Source: Bacteroidota bacterium (GTDB lineage Bacteria; Bacteroidota; Bacteroidia; Bacteroidales; JACABE01). From it: a stretch of 58,299 bases of DNA. The stretch spans positions 1 through 58,299 of the forward strand of contig JBAXLO010000001.1 of NCBI GenBank assembly GCA_037134755.1, given 5' to 3'. This document shows positions 16,694-25,394 of this stretch, piece by piece. The position numbers and the translations under genes were made by a program. The notes beneath the pieces were generated by a model. It was not told where the DNA came from. It saw only the letters and a list, made by a program, of their open reading frames with translations, and ran no database searches. Numbering within the stretch: the first letter of the stretch is position 1; each line of letters opens with the position of its first letter.

Positions 16694-17800
16694 ATGGAAT
16701 TATTGTATATAAACGATGTTAAAGATGATAAACAACTTGATGAAGAGGTTTTTTACTTTATTGTTAATTACATTATAAGTGAAAATGTAACGATACATTC
16801 AAATGTTGGGTTTGGCTTAGAAATGTTTAAAAAGATTGATTGTTTTTCTGATGATGAAGTAATGAAGTATTTAGAAAGTTATTTTTTTATAATACAGCCC
16901 CAAATTACATCACGTTTATCTGAAGAACTTAAAAAAATTGATGGATTGAAGGAGTGTATGAAAACCTACAAACAATTAAAACATCGGAATCAATTACCTC
17001 CAGGACATTTCAAATATCTTCAGACATTAAAAACAAGGTATTTAGATTATCGGAAAACCTTCAAGGGGTTTTTGAATGATTATGTACGATTTTTGGGAAT
17101 ATATAAATATGTAGATTTATATGACGAAGTTATAATAAAAGCAAGCTATACCGACATTAATAGAGATTGGGAATTAATCGACCAGGAGCTTGGGGAAATA
17201 TTATATAACAATATTTCAAACCGAAAAAATCTAATATTACTTCATGATCTATCAAATTTAGAGGAATTTGACGCAAATAAAGAAGTTGATGAAGAACAAA
17301 AAGCCTTGCTTATCGAATTGTTTACATTGCATAAAATTCTATTAGTAACTATTCCATGTTCCGTTAATTTACAATTAAACGAACTAGTAGTTTTGAGACA
17401 AAGGTTTTTAAACAATTTTACTGAATTATTCTCAAGAATACAATTTTTTAGAAAAGATATTAATAAAATTGACACAGTTGAAACGTTAACAGAAAAATTA
17501 AATGAATTTAAATCTGAAATTAAAGATGATTTACAAAAAATACAAAACGAAATAAATACAAATCTATACTTCCTGAAAATTAAAAATTCAGATTCAGATT
17601 ACACAAATGTTACTATTAATCTTGGTATATTATTTAATGTAACTATATTTAATTATTTCTCTGTGAGAAATTTGATATCGCCTGATAAATATTCAGAATT
17701 AGAATATAGGTTAAATAATAAATTAAATGAAAAGTATTATGATTTATTTATATACTATAAAATTGACTTAGATATAAATAAATATAAAATTAGCGAATAA
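16694..17800 (+). CDS. MELLYID-family paralogue 3
   Basis: 368 aa. Contains MELLYINDVK, IPCS, LKIKNSDSDYTNVTINLGIL and LFIYYKIDLDIN. Confidence 0.75.
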   Translation: MELLYINDVKDDKQLDEEVFYFIVNYIISENVTIHSNVGFGLEMFKKIDCFSDDEVMKYLESYFFIIQPQITSRLSEELKKIDGLKECMKTYKQLKHRNQLPPGHFKYLQTLKTRYLDYRKTFKGFLNDYVRFLGIYKYVDLYDEVIIKASYTDINRDWELIDQELGEILYNNISNRKNLILLHDLSNLEEFDANKEVDEEQKALLIELFTLHKILLVTIPCSVNLQLNELVVLRQRFLNNFTELFSRIQFFRKDINKIDTVETLTEKLNEFKSEIKDDLQKIQNEINTNLYFLKIKNSDSDYTNVTINLGILFNVTIFNYFSVRNLISPDKYSELEYRLNNKLNEKYYDLFIYYKIDLDINKYKISE

Positions 17801-17822
17801 TAATTAAAAAACACATATAATT

Positions 17823-18908
17823 ATGGAATTGCTATATGTAGATAATATTACTAAAGAGTTTCAATATGAGAACGAATACTATTATTTTGTATTTAATTAT
17901 ATAATTGGAAAAAGAGTTCATTTGCATTCTAATGTGAGTTTTTGCTTTCATGTTATTAAAAATATAAGTAAATTTAAAGAGAATGAGATTCTGGATTTAT
18001 ATGAGATTAACAGCTTCCACAAAAATGTTGAAGAAGGTAGAGATTTGGAGGAGGTAACAAAAGGATATGAGCTTATTAAAAAACAATCTCCATTTGTAAA
18101 ACAACTAAAGAAACAAAAAAGATTAAATAAAGAAAGATTTGGCTTAGTACAAACATTTAATCAAGTTTTAACTTCAAGTAGAGATATTTTAAGAGAGTCA
18201 TGTAAAGATGACTTAGAAGCTATGGATTTATTGCCTTATATTGATTTAATTGATGAAGGTGTTATTATAACAAGTTATTCAACCTATAATAAAGTAGGAA
18301 AGATTGATGATTGTGAAATTGGAGAGAAATTGTTACAAACATATATTAATAGAGATAAAATATTAGTTTTAGGTAGTATATTGCCTATTTTGGCTAAACC
18401 AATATTACCAGAAGATATAAAAAGAATTCCTCCTTTGTTTTCAAGGAAAGTTTGTTTAGTAGGTATTCCACTTGTTTATATTCCTTGTTCAATAGGTTTT
18501 AAAAAAGACTCTCTTGTTTTATTACGTAAACAATTTATGAGTAAGTTTGATAAATTATTGGAGAAAATTCAATCTTTTAGGATTGAAATAAATACGTTGA
18601 CATTTAACAAAGAGATTAAAAATAAGATACTAGCATTTCAGGAATTATTAAATCAGGATTTAACGATGCTTCAAGATGAAATTAATACTAATATTTATTT
18701 CCAAAATGTAATTAATTGTGGAAAAGAGTATAATAATGTGTTTTTAATACTAGGCATACTTCAAAATGAATATATAGGTTTGTTTCATATAAGTAATTAC
18801 GCATTAAGTAAAGAAAAACATTTGGAATCAAATGAAGTAATAAAAAATAAAATTGGGAAAAACAAAAGTGAAGTCTTTCTCTATTATAATATAGAACAGA
18901 ATAGATAG
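17823..18908 (+). CDS. MELLYID-family paralogue 4
   Basis: 361 aa. Contains MELLYVDNITK..NEYYYFVFNYIIGKR, IPCS and VFLYYNIEQNR. Confidence 0.75.
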   Translation: MELLYVDNITKEFQYENEYYYFVFNYIIGKRVHLHSNVSFCFHVIKNISKFKENEILDLYEINSFHKNVEEGRDLEEVTKGYELIKKQSPFVKQLKKQKRLNKERFGLVQTFNQVLTSSRDILRESCKDDLEAMDLLPYIDLIDEGVIITSYSTYNKVGKIDDCEIGEKLLQTYINRDKILVLGSILPILAKPILPEDIKRIPPLFSRKVCLVGIPLVYIPCSIGFKKDSLVLLRKQFMSKFDKLLEKIQSFRIEINTLTFNKEIKNKILAFQELLNQDLTMLQDEINTNIYFQNVINCGKEYNNVFLILGILQNEYIGLFHISNYALSKEKHLESNEVIKNKIGKNKSEVFLYYNIEQNR

Positions 18909-18926
18909 ATTAATAATCTTAATAAT

Positions 18927-20042
18927 ATGAATTTAACTTTTATAAATAGAACAACTTCCAAAATATTACCAATGTCTGAGAACATTTATTTTTATTGTTC
19001 TTATATTATTGCTGATACGTCTTCTTATCATGCAGTGTTTTCGATGATGGAAGATTTTAGTGACTTGAAAATAGAAAGTAATAATGAAGAGTTTATTTTG
19101 GAGCTTTATCTTTTATTTAATAAAGATAATATTAATTGCGATGTGCTTAGGAGTGAAGCTAATATTTTGTTTTCTTGGTGTCAGAAACATAAGAGTGTAA
19201 ATCATAAGACAAAAGAGATGATTATTAATTATCAAAGAAAAAATCTTTTACTTAGAAAGATGTTGAATTTTATAGTAGATTTCTATCAAAACATGACAAG
19301 TAGTTTTGGGTTTGCAAAAGATCAATTAGGATTAATAGATGGGAAGATTGCTTCTTGTATTAGAAATATTTATGAAAGTGAAGATTATTTAGATGAACAT
19401 ACAGAAGATTCTTTAATAACATTGATTCCAGAATACTTATTTAGAAAAGAGAACTATTTTGTAATAGAAACTCTTATAGAGGATATTCTTAAGCCTTTTT
19501 ATATAAAAGATCCTGACCATTCAATTAATATTATGAATGAAAATGAATTTGTATGTATGCCATTATTTAAGATACCTTATTTTAGATTCTTTAACTCGAA
19601 TAGTTTGGTGTCGATAAGGAATACTTTAAAATCGAGTATGGGTGTTCTTTCAGATATTATTAATGATTTCCAAGATAATCTTAAAGAATTTGATTTTGAT
19701 AATAATGCAATAGATGTTATAAATAGTTATGTGCCGAAAGTACAATTAATATCTACTAATATACAGGAGCAAATAGACACTCAAGTTTATATTAAGAAAG
19801 AAATGAATTCAGGTTCAATGTTTCTTAATATGCAAATATATCTTGGTATATGTAAAATCAAATCAATACCTGAGTATTTTAGTGAAGCCGAAATAATAAA
19901 GCCTTTTATAATTGATTCAATTAATAAAAATATAGAAATAAAAGGTAATTTAAATAAAAGTCAGGTGTTCATTTATATGAAACCTGAGGAACAATCAATA
20001 CATGAATTCTTAGTATCTTATAAAAATAATTTAACATGTTAA
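18927..20042 (+). CDS. MELLYID-family paralogue 5, divergent member
   Basis: 371 aa. The N-terminus has diverged (MNLTFINRTTSK..ENIYFYCSYIIAD), but the family blocks are retained: LFKIPYF, LVSIRNTL, QVYIKKEMNSGSMFLNMQIYLGI, VFIYMKPEE. Confidence 0.7.
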   Translation: MNLTFINRTTSKILPMSENIYFYCSYIIADTSSYHAVFSMMEDFSDLKIESNNEEFILELYLLFNKDNINCDVLRSEANILFSWCQKHKSVNHKTKEMIINYQRKNLLLRKMLNFIVDFYQNMTSSFGFAKDQLGLIDGKIASCIRNIYESEDYLDEHTEDSLITLIPEYLFRKENYFVIETLIEDILKPFYIKDPDHSINIMNENEFVCMPLFKIPYFRFFNSNSLVSIRNTLKSSMGVLSDIINDFQDNLKEFDFDNNAIDVINSYVPKVQLISTNIQEQIDTQVYIKKEMNSGSMFLNMQIYLGICKIKSIPEYFSEAEIIKPFIIDSINKNIEIKGNLNKSQVFIYMKPEEQSIHEFLVSYKNNLTC

Positions 20043-21466
20043 AACAAAAAATCGAACATTTTGAGGTGTCCGGCTTATCCGGATTTAAGTCTGTGGAATT
20101 AATAAAGATTAAAGACTTTGTTAAGATCTCCGACATATTAAAGGTGTATCATGTCTTCATAACTGAAAATAAAGTTGATGAAGAAATTAACAGAGCCTTC
20201 AATATTTTAAACAATGATATTATTTATAATATCAATTCAAATGGATTTATTTCTGTTGATGATTTTGATGATGCAGATGATAAAGGCTTTGAGAACGCTG
20301 AGGATTATGCTGAAGCAAAAAAAGGAGGCTACCATAACTATAAAGAGTTTGTGGAATTCCGTCAGTCGGGGGTGATTGATAGAAATGTGTATAAAAAAGC
20401 ACAGAAGTTAGGTTTCGTTGATAACTTTGATGACTTTAAAAAGAAATTAGAGCTAAATAAGAAGACGATACCCGAAGATTTTGATCTTAGTGAATATGAT
20501 AATTCATTAAAGTTGTTTCAATTTGCAAACGATCGTGGGTTTAAAGATTATGGTGATTTTGCTAAAGGCTTCTTTCTAGGCTTTACAGAGAAAATTATGA
20601 TGGATGAAGCAAAAGACAAAGGCTTTACTTATGCTAAAGATTATATTGGAGCCGTTTCTATGGGTTTTGATAATATTAGAGAGTTTCAGGAAGCAACTCA
20701 TCTTAATATTAAGAATAAGATTGAATTTAAAATGTTTGATAAGTTGAGGAGGATCTCTAAAAACATCCATGGTTTTGATGGAGCTCAGCTTATTGAAGCT
20801 CTTAAGATATATGAGAATGGCAAGCGTTTATCTATAAAGAAAATTTCGGAACTTATTGAACTGGAAAAAGAAAAGTGTAAACAATGCACTAGTGATAAAG
20901 GTATCAAAGAGCTACCTGAATGGTACGATCTTAAATTAAATACTAATGCTGATATCGAACAATTCTTGAAAACATGCACTGAGCTTAAAGATTATGGCTT
21001 TTATGATGCAGATGGTGAGTTTTTTGAAGTCTCTCGTCTTTCAGATACAACTATTTATATTGATGGTAGTAATGTTGCTTATGCTGATAATGGAAATAAA
21101 AAAGAAAACAAACCACAATATCTTAATATTATAACTTTAGCTCAACATTTAAAAGAACTTCGCTACAAAGATATCATTGTTATAGTAGATGCTAGTCTTA
21201 ATCATACAGTTACTGACCCTTTGTATTTAAGTACATTAAAGCAGAGTGCTCAATATCTGGAAGCTCCGGGTAATACTTCAGCTGATGAGTTCCTAATAGA
21301 AAACGCTAAGAAAAATAAATGTTACATAGTTACTAATGATACCTTCAGAGATTGGAAAGCTAAAGATAGCTGGATCTTTGAAAACATCGATCGTATCAGA
21401 GTTCCTTTCCTTAGAAACAGTAACGGTACGTTTAGTACTCCTTCGCTTGACTTAATAAAGGATTAG
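20036..21466 (+). CDS. Zc3h12a-like NYN-domain ribonuclease with N-terminal GF-repeat region
   Basis: The C-terminal ~130 aa read IYIDGSNVAY...IIVIVDASL...SADEFLIENAKKNKCYIVTNDTFRDW. This matches the MCPIP1/Zc3h12a NYN pattern (DGSNVA ... DD/DE ... SND...RD). The start overlaps the stop of the preceding gene (ATGTTAA). Confidence 0.8.
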   Translation: MLKQKIEHFEVSGLSGFKSVELIKIKDFVKISDILKVYHVFITENKVDEEINRAFNILNNDIIYNINSNGFISVDDFDDADDKGFENAEDYAEAKKGGYHNYKEFVEFRQSGVIDRNVYKKAQKLGFVDNFDDFKKKLELNKKTIPEDFDLSEYDNSLKLFQFANDRGFKDYGDFAKGFFLGFTEKIMMDEAKDKGFTYAKDYIGAVSMGFDNIREFQEATHLNIKNKIEFKMFDKLRRISKNIHGFDGAQLIEALKIYENGKRLSIKKISELIELEKEKCKQCTSDKGIKELPEWYDLKLNTNADIEQFLKTCTELKDYGFYDADGEFFEVSRLSDTTIYIDGSNVAYADNGNKKENKPQYLNIITLAQHLKELRYKDIIVIVDASLNHTVTDPLYLSTLKQSAQYLEAPGNTSADEFLIENAKKNKCYIVTNDTFRDWKAKDSWIFENIDRIRVPFLRNSNGTFSTPSLDLIKD

Positions 21467-21493
21467 TATTAAATGCTCTTCTATACGCAAGGT

Positions 21494-21540
21494 CACAATA
21501 ATGGGATTATGAATATTGTATTTGTAATCCTTTTATTGTG
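21494..21540 (+). terminator. imperfect hairpin after the NYN gene (operon terminator candidate)
   Basis: CACAATAATGGGATTA ... TAATCCTTTTATTGTG, followed by a T-rich tract. Confidence 0.4.
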
Positions 21541-21599
21541 TCTTTATTTAAAGTCGAATAACTTTTGTGAAAATGCACTTTAATTTGGTACTTATTTTG

Positions 21600-21607
21600 T
21601 AAATTTG
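21600..21607 (+). promoter_or_regulatory. putative -7 box (TAAATTTG) for the HAD gene
   Basis: A TAnnTTTG match lies 34 nt upstream of the ATG at 21641. Confidence 0.4.
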
Positions 21608-21640
21608 CAGCCTATTAAAACAATTATTTAAATACATCTT

Positions 21641-22324
21641 ATGTTTTCAGATATAGATAACAATCAATTCAATATTAATAAATCTAAGTATTCTCATTTT
21701 ATTTTTGACTGGAATGGTACCTTAATGGATGACCTTTGGCTTGCCGTTGATGTTATTGATAAGATGCTTGTTAAAAGAGGACTTTCCGGTATGACAATAG
21801 AACACTACAGCGAAGTGTTTGATTTTCCTGTTAAAGATTATTACGAGAAGATAGGTTTTGATTTTCAAAAAGAGAGTTTCGAACTTATAGGTACTGAGTT
21901 TATTGACGGATATAATGAGCGTCAATACGAATGCAAACTTCAGGTAGGAGCAAACGAGCTATTAAGAAATCTGAGCAGGCTACCAATTCAGTTAAGTGTG
22001 CTTTCGGCTCGCATTCAACATACTTTAGAAGAAAATCTGGATCATTATGGTATCTATAATCACTTTATGCATGTTGCCGGGTTAGATGACCATTATGCCA
22101 ATGGTAAACTGGGTGCGGGTATTGAGTTGCTTAATAAGACATCAATCCCAAAAGGGGACACTCTTATGATAGGCGATACTTTGCACGATGCTGAAGTAGC
22201 TAAAGAATTAGGTATTGATTGTGTTTTGGTAGTCTCAGGACATCAATCCGAAAAACGATTATTGTCAGCTAATGTGCCTGTATTTGATACTTTAGTTGAA
22301 TTAAATAAAGTCCTTTTGGCATAA
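21641..22324 (+). CDS. HAD-superfamily hydrolase (phosphoglycolate-phosphatase-like)
   Basis: Motif I-like FIFDWNGTLMDD and motif IV IGDTLHDAEVA. The length and layout are typical of HAD subfamily IA. Confidence 0.8.
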   Translation: MFSDIDNNQFNINKSKYSHFIFDWNGTLMDDLWLAVDVIDKMLVKRGLSGMTIEHYSEVFDFPVKDYYEKIGFDFQKESFELIGTEFIDGYNERQYECKLQVGANELLRNLSRLPIQLSVLSARIQHTLEENLDHYGIYNHFMHVAGLDDHYANGKLGAGIELLNKTSIPKGDTLMIGDTLHDAEVAKELGIDCVLVVSGHQSEKRLLSANVPVFDTLVELNKVLLA

Positions 22325-22395
22325 AGTTTGTTTTATTAACATCGTTTAGTTGAAAAAGAACTGAAATAGGTTGTTTTGCATCTGTATTTGTGTAC

Positions 22396-22403
22396 TAACT
22401 TTG
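22396..22403 (+). promoter_or_regulatory. putative -7 box (TAACTTTG)
   Basis: It lies inside the TTG-initiated long ORF and 48 nt upstream of the ATG at 22451. This supports the shorter start. Confidence 0.35.
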
Positions 22404-22450
22404 TAAACTTATTATGGTTTCCATTTCAATTGGAAAATAAACATTTTGCT

Positions 22451-25234
22451 ATGAATAACATGCTTTTAAAGTCCCTAAATATTAATCTGAGAAATTATTT
22501 CAGAGATTTGCTTATTATTTCATTGTTTGTCTTTTCGTCATACAATGCCTATTGTATTAAAGGCGGGGTAGTTGACAATTACGGCAAGATTGTCCCTTTT
22601 GCCACTATTCGATTTGTTGATCAGTCCGATTCCACAAAGGTTTTCATGGGGTTTACCGATGCTTTGGGGAACTACAACGTTGATGTGCCATTGATAAATT
22701 ATTCGGATGGTAATAAAAACTTTATGTTTTTTGATATTTACCCAAATCCTGCCACTAATGGCGTTGTTATTCCGCTCAATTTGATGAATGCCGGCTATTT
22801 GTTAGTGTATGTTTACAATACATATGGTGAGAGGGTCAATACTATATATGATGGCAATTACAGTTCCGGTTTGTATCAGTTTATATGGGATGGGCGAACG
22901 AATGCACATCAAAGGGTTGCCCCCGGTATTTATTTTGTGCAGGTGATATTTAATGGGCGAACAGCCACTAGGAAAGTGGTGTTAATGGAGAATGATGGCA
23001 ATGCCGTTAGCCCCGTGCCTATGAACAATTTTTTAAATAAATTTGAACCCTTTAAGATAAAATACACCGTTACCATAACACGCGACAGCGTTATAGATCC
23101 ATTTTATTTAACAAATTATGAAGTTTTAAAACCTGATTCCAATAATTTTATGGTTAACAGGCATGTTCCTATACCTTATAGAGTTGAAGGGAACTTTCTG
23201 TCAGTATATAATATCAATGATAGCACTTATAAAAAGATATTTATAAAAGGGATTAATCTCGGTGTTGGTATTCCCGGCACTTATCCCGGCGATCTGGCTG
23301 CTGATTCGCTTACTTATGTAAGGTGGTTTAAGATGATGGATTCCGCAGGGTTTAATGCTATCCGTGTTTACACACTTCACTACCCTCGTTTTTATAATGC
23401 TATAGCTAAGCACAATGAGGATAATCCCGATCATCCATTGTATTTATTGCATGGTATTTGGCTTGATGAAGATACTATTTATAAGTTGAATAATAACTTT
23501 TATAAATATGCCGAAGGTTATGATATTGATATAAAAGAAATTGTTGATTGCCTTCATGGTCGAAAAATTATAGGACCTAGGCCTGGTAGAGCTTACGGCA
23601 CTTTTAATACTGATGTTTCTCGTTGGGTTATCGGTTATATCGAAGGACGCGAAATCAGTCCTTATGAAGTATTGGGTACTGACACTGTAAATACTTCTCA
23701 TACAAGTTATAATGGATATTCTAATGCAATAATTCTACCAAGTGGTGGCACTCCGATGGAATGCTGGATGGCTGCACATTTAGATTATTTAGTAAAGTAC
23801 GAAAGAACTACTTATTTTCATGAGCGTCCTGTTAGTTTTACCAGCTGGCCTACCTTAGATCCTATTAAACATCCAACTGAACATCCAAATTATGGCAGTT
23901 CCGAAGATATTGTTCAGGTTAATTTAAACAAACTTGTGTTGAAAAATGCTCCGGCAGGCTTCTTTTTAAGCTATCACGTTTATCCGTATTTCCCTGATTT
24001 TATTACGCAAGGTCCTTATCATTTATATTCTGACTCTATTGGCCCTTGTCCTTATTTTGAATATGTAAAAACTTTAAAAGGTCAGTATAATTATCCGCTT
24101 CTGGTTGCTGAATTTGGAGTGCCTACAAGTTGGGGAAATGCTCATTTCGAATTTAATGGAATGACTCAGGGCGATGAAGATGAAGTACAACAAGGTGATT
24201 TCAACGTTCGCATGTATAAAGACATTTATCAAGCAGGTTGTGCAGGTGGTTGTATGTTTGCATGGATTAATGAGAATTTTAAGCAGAGTTGGATCATTGA
24301 TCCAACAAGCTGTGGTGTTGATCGTAGAATACTTTGGCATAATCTGGCAAGTCCCGAAGAAAACTTTGGCTTGTTAAAGTTTGTTGAAGATCCTCCTTCT
24401 TATAATCGTTGGCCCGCTACCTATCCTTCCTATGATTCTAGTAGAATTAAAAAGATTCAAGCAGATTATGATAATGAATACTTCTATGTTAATGTTGCTT
24501 ATAACTCTTTATTAGCTACTGATTCTTTGTATATAGGATTTGATACTTATGGTGATGCAGTTGGGGAGAATTTTTTTCCTAATCATGTAGGAACTGTTTA
24601 CAATTTTTGTGAATTTATGTTGGTTATAACCTCTGATTCGGCTAATTTATATGTAGAGCAAACTTATGACACTTATTGCAGTAGCCCTAAGTTTCCCTTA
24701 GCTGATTCGGCTGTGCAAAAATTTCATTCCGAAGCTACAGGTGACGTTCCTTGGAATATACTTAGATGGAGGAATAACTTTCCGGATAGCTGTAACTTTT
24801 ATGCAGGCAGACTTAGAAACTGCAATTTTACTGATACACCAAGTAGTAATACTGCTGTTGTGCGTTATCCCGACCATGTAGAGGTACGTATTCCATGGCA
24901 TTTCTTAAATTTTACCGACCCCTCGGATCTCGAAGCCCTTGATTGCGAAACGTGTACTGGTAATGGTATTAGGCCTCACGAACCACCCATTTCGATGTTT
25001 GATGCATCTTCTCTTCCCCGAGAAACTACTTATACTACCGGTATAGCATTGAGTGTTTTAATGGGTAATGACCAAAACAATTTAGTGGAAACAAGTCGCT
25101 TTTTATGGAATACCTGGGGGATTGATATGGGCACCGGTTTATATACACCACCTTCGCCTGTTAAAGAAGTTAAGAAACAATCTTATAACATTATTAAGAA
25201 TTGTTTGCTAAATACACCCTTTACTCCTTACTAG
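22451..25234 (+). CDS. secreted multidomain protein: CarbopepD_reg-like + T9SS-CTD/FlgD-Ig-like beta-sandwich + putative TIM-barrel glycoside hydrolase
   Basis: Start is moved from the TTG at 22376 to the ATG at 22451 (MNNMLLKS...SSYNAYC signal). IKGGVVDNYGKIVPFATIRF is CarbopepD_reg-like. FDIYPNPATNG...GIYFVQVIFNGRTATRKVVLM is CTD-like but N-proximal. IKGINLGVGIPG...GFNAIRVYTLHYP...LVAEFGVPTSWG is GH-like. Confidence 0.7.
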   Translation: MNNMLLKSLNINLRNYFRDLLIISLFVFSSYNAYCIKGGVVDNYGKIVPFATIRFVDQSDSTKVFMGFTDALGNYNVDVPLINYSDGNKNFMFFDIYPNPATNGVVIPLNLMNAGYLLVYVYNTYGERVNTIYDGNYSSGLYQFIWDGRTNAHQRVAPGIYFVQVIFNGRTATRKVVLMENDGNAVSPVPMNNFLNKFEPFKIKYTVTITRDSVIDPFYLTNYEVLKPDSNNFMVNRHVPIPYRVEGNFLSVYNINDSTYKKIFIKGINLGVGIPGTYPGDLAADSLTYVRWFKMMDSAGFNAIRVYTLHYPRFYNAIAKHNEDNPDHPLYLLHGIWLDEDTIYKLNNNFYKYAEGYDIDIKEIVDCLHGRKIIGPRPGRAYGTFNTDVSRWVIGYIEGREISPYEVLGTDTVNTSHTSYNGYSNAIILPSGGTPMECWMAAHLDYLVKYERTTYFHERPVSFTSWPTLDPIKHPTEHPNYGSSEDIVQVNLNKLVLKNAPAGFFLSYHVYPYFPDFITQGPYHLYSDSIGPCPYFEYVKTLKGQYNYPLLVAEFGVPTSWGNAHFEFNGMTQGDEDEVQQGDFNVRMYKDIYQAGCAGGCMFAWINENFKQSWIIDPTSCGVDRRILWHNLASPEENFGLLKFVEDPPSYNRWPATYPSYDSSRIKKIQADYDNEYFYVNVAYNSLLATDSLYIGFDTYGDAVGENFFPNHVGTVYNFCEFMLVITSDSANLYVEQTYDTYCSSPKFPLADSAVQKFHSEATGDVPWNILRWRNNFPDSCNFYAGRLRNCNFTDTPSSNTAVVRYPDHVEVRIPWHFLNFTDPSDLEALDCETCTGNGIRPHEPPISMFDASSLPRETTYTTGIALSVLMGNDQNNLVETSRFLWNTWGIDMGTGLYTPPSPVKEVKKQSYNIIKNCLLNTPFTPY

Positions 25235-25252
25235 TATTTGTTTTAAAACATA

Positions 25253-25292
25253 AAAAAGAGCCGTCAGCATTAGTTTGCCGACGGCTCTTTTT
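25253..25292. terminator. bidirectional terminator hairpin; exact reverse-complement copy at 43614-43651
   Basis: AAAAAGAGCCGTCAGCATTAGTTTGCCGACGGCTCTTTTT lies between convergent genes. Confidence 0.75.
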
Positions 25293-25394
25293 GAATGCAC
25301 ATTTAGCGAAGGCGAAATGCCCTGCAATTAATAGTAGTGTCCCTTTATTTTTTTATTCTTAAACTATATTTTACTTTACGTTAGCAGCTACCTT

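Noticed and set aside
12458-21640. Prophage, ICE or integrative island interpretation of the AT-rich operon
   Set aside because: I could recognise no integrase, recombinase, tRNA target, direct-repeat att sites, capsid, tail or terminase genes, or conjugation genes. Only the compositional shift suggests foreign or fast-evolving origin.
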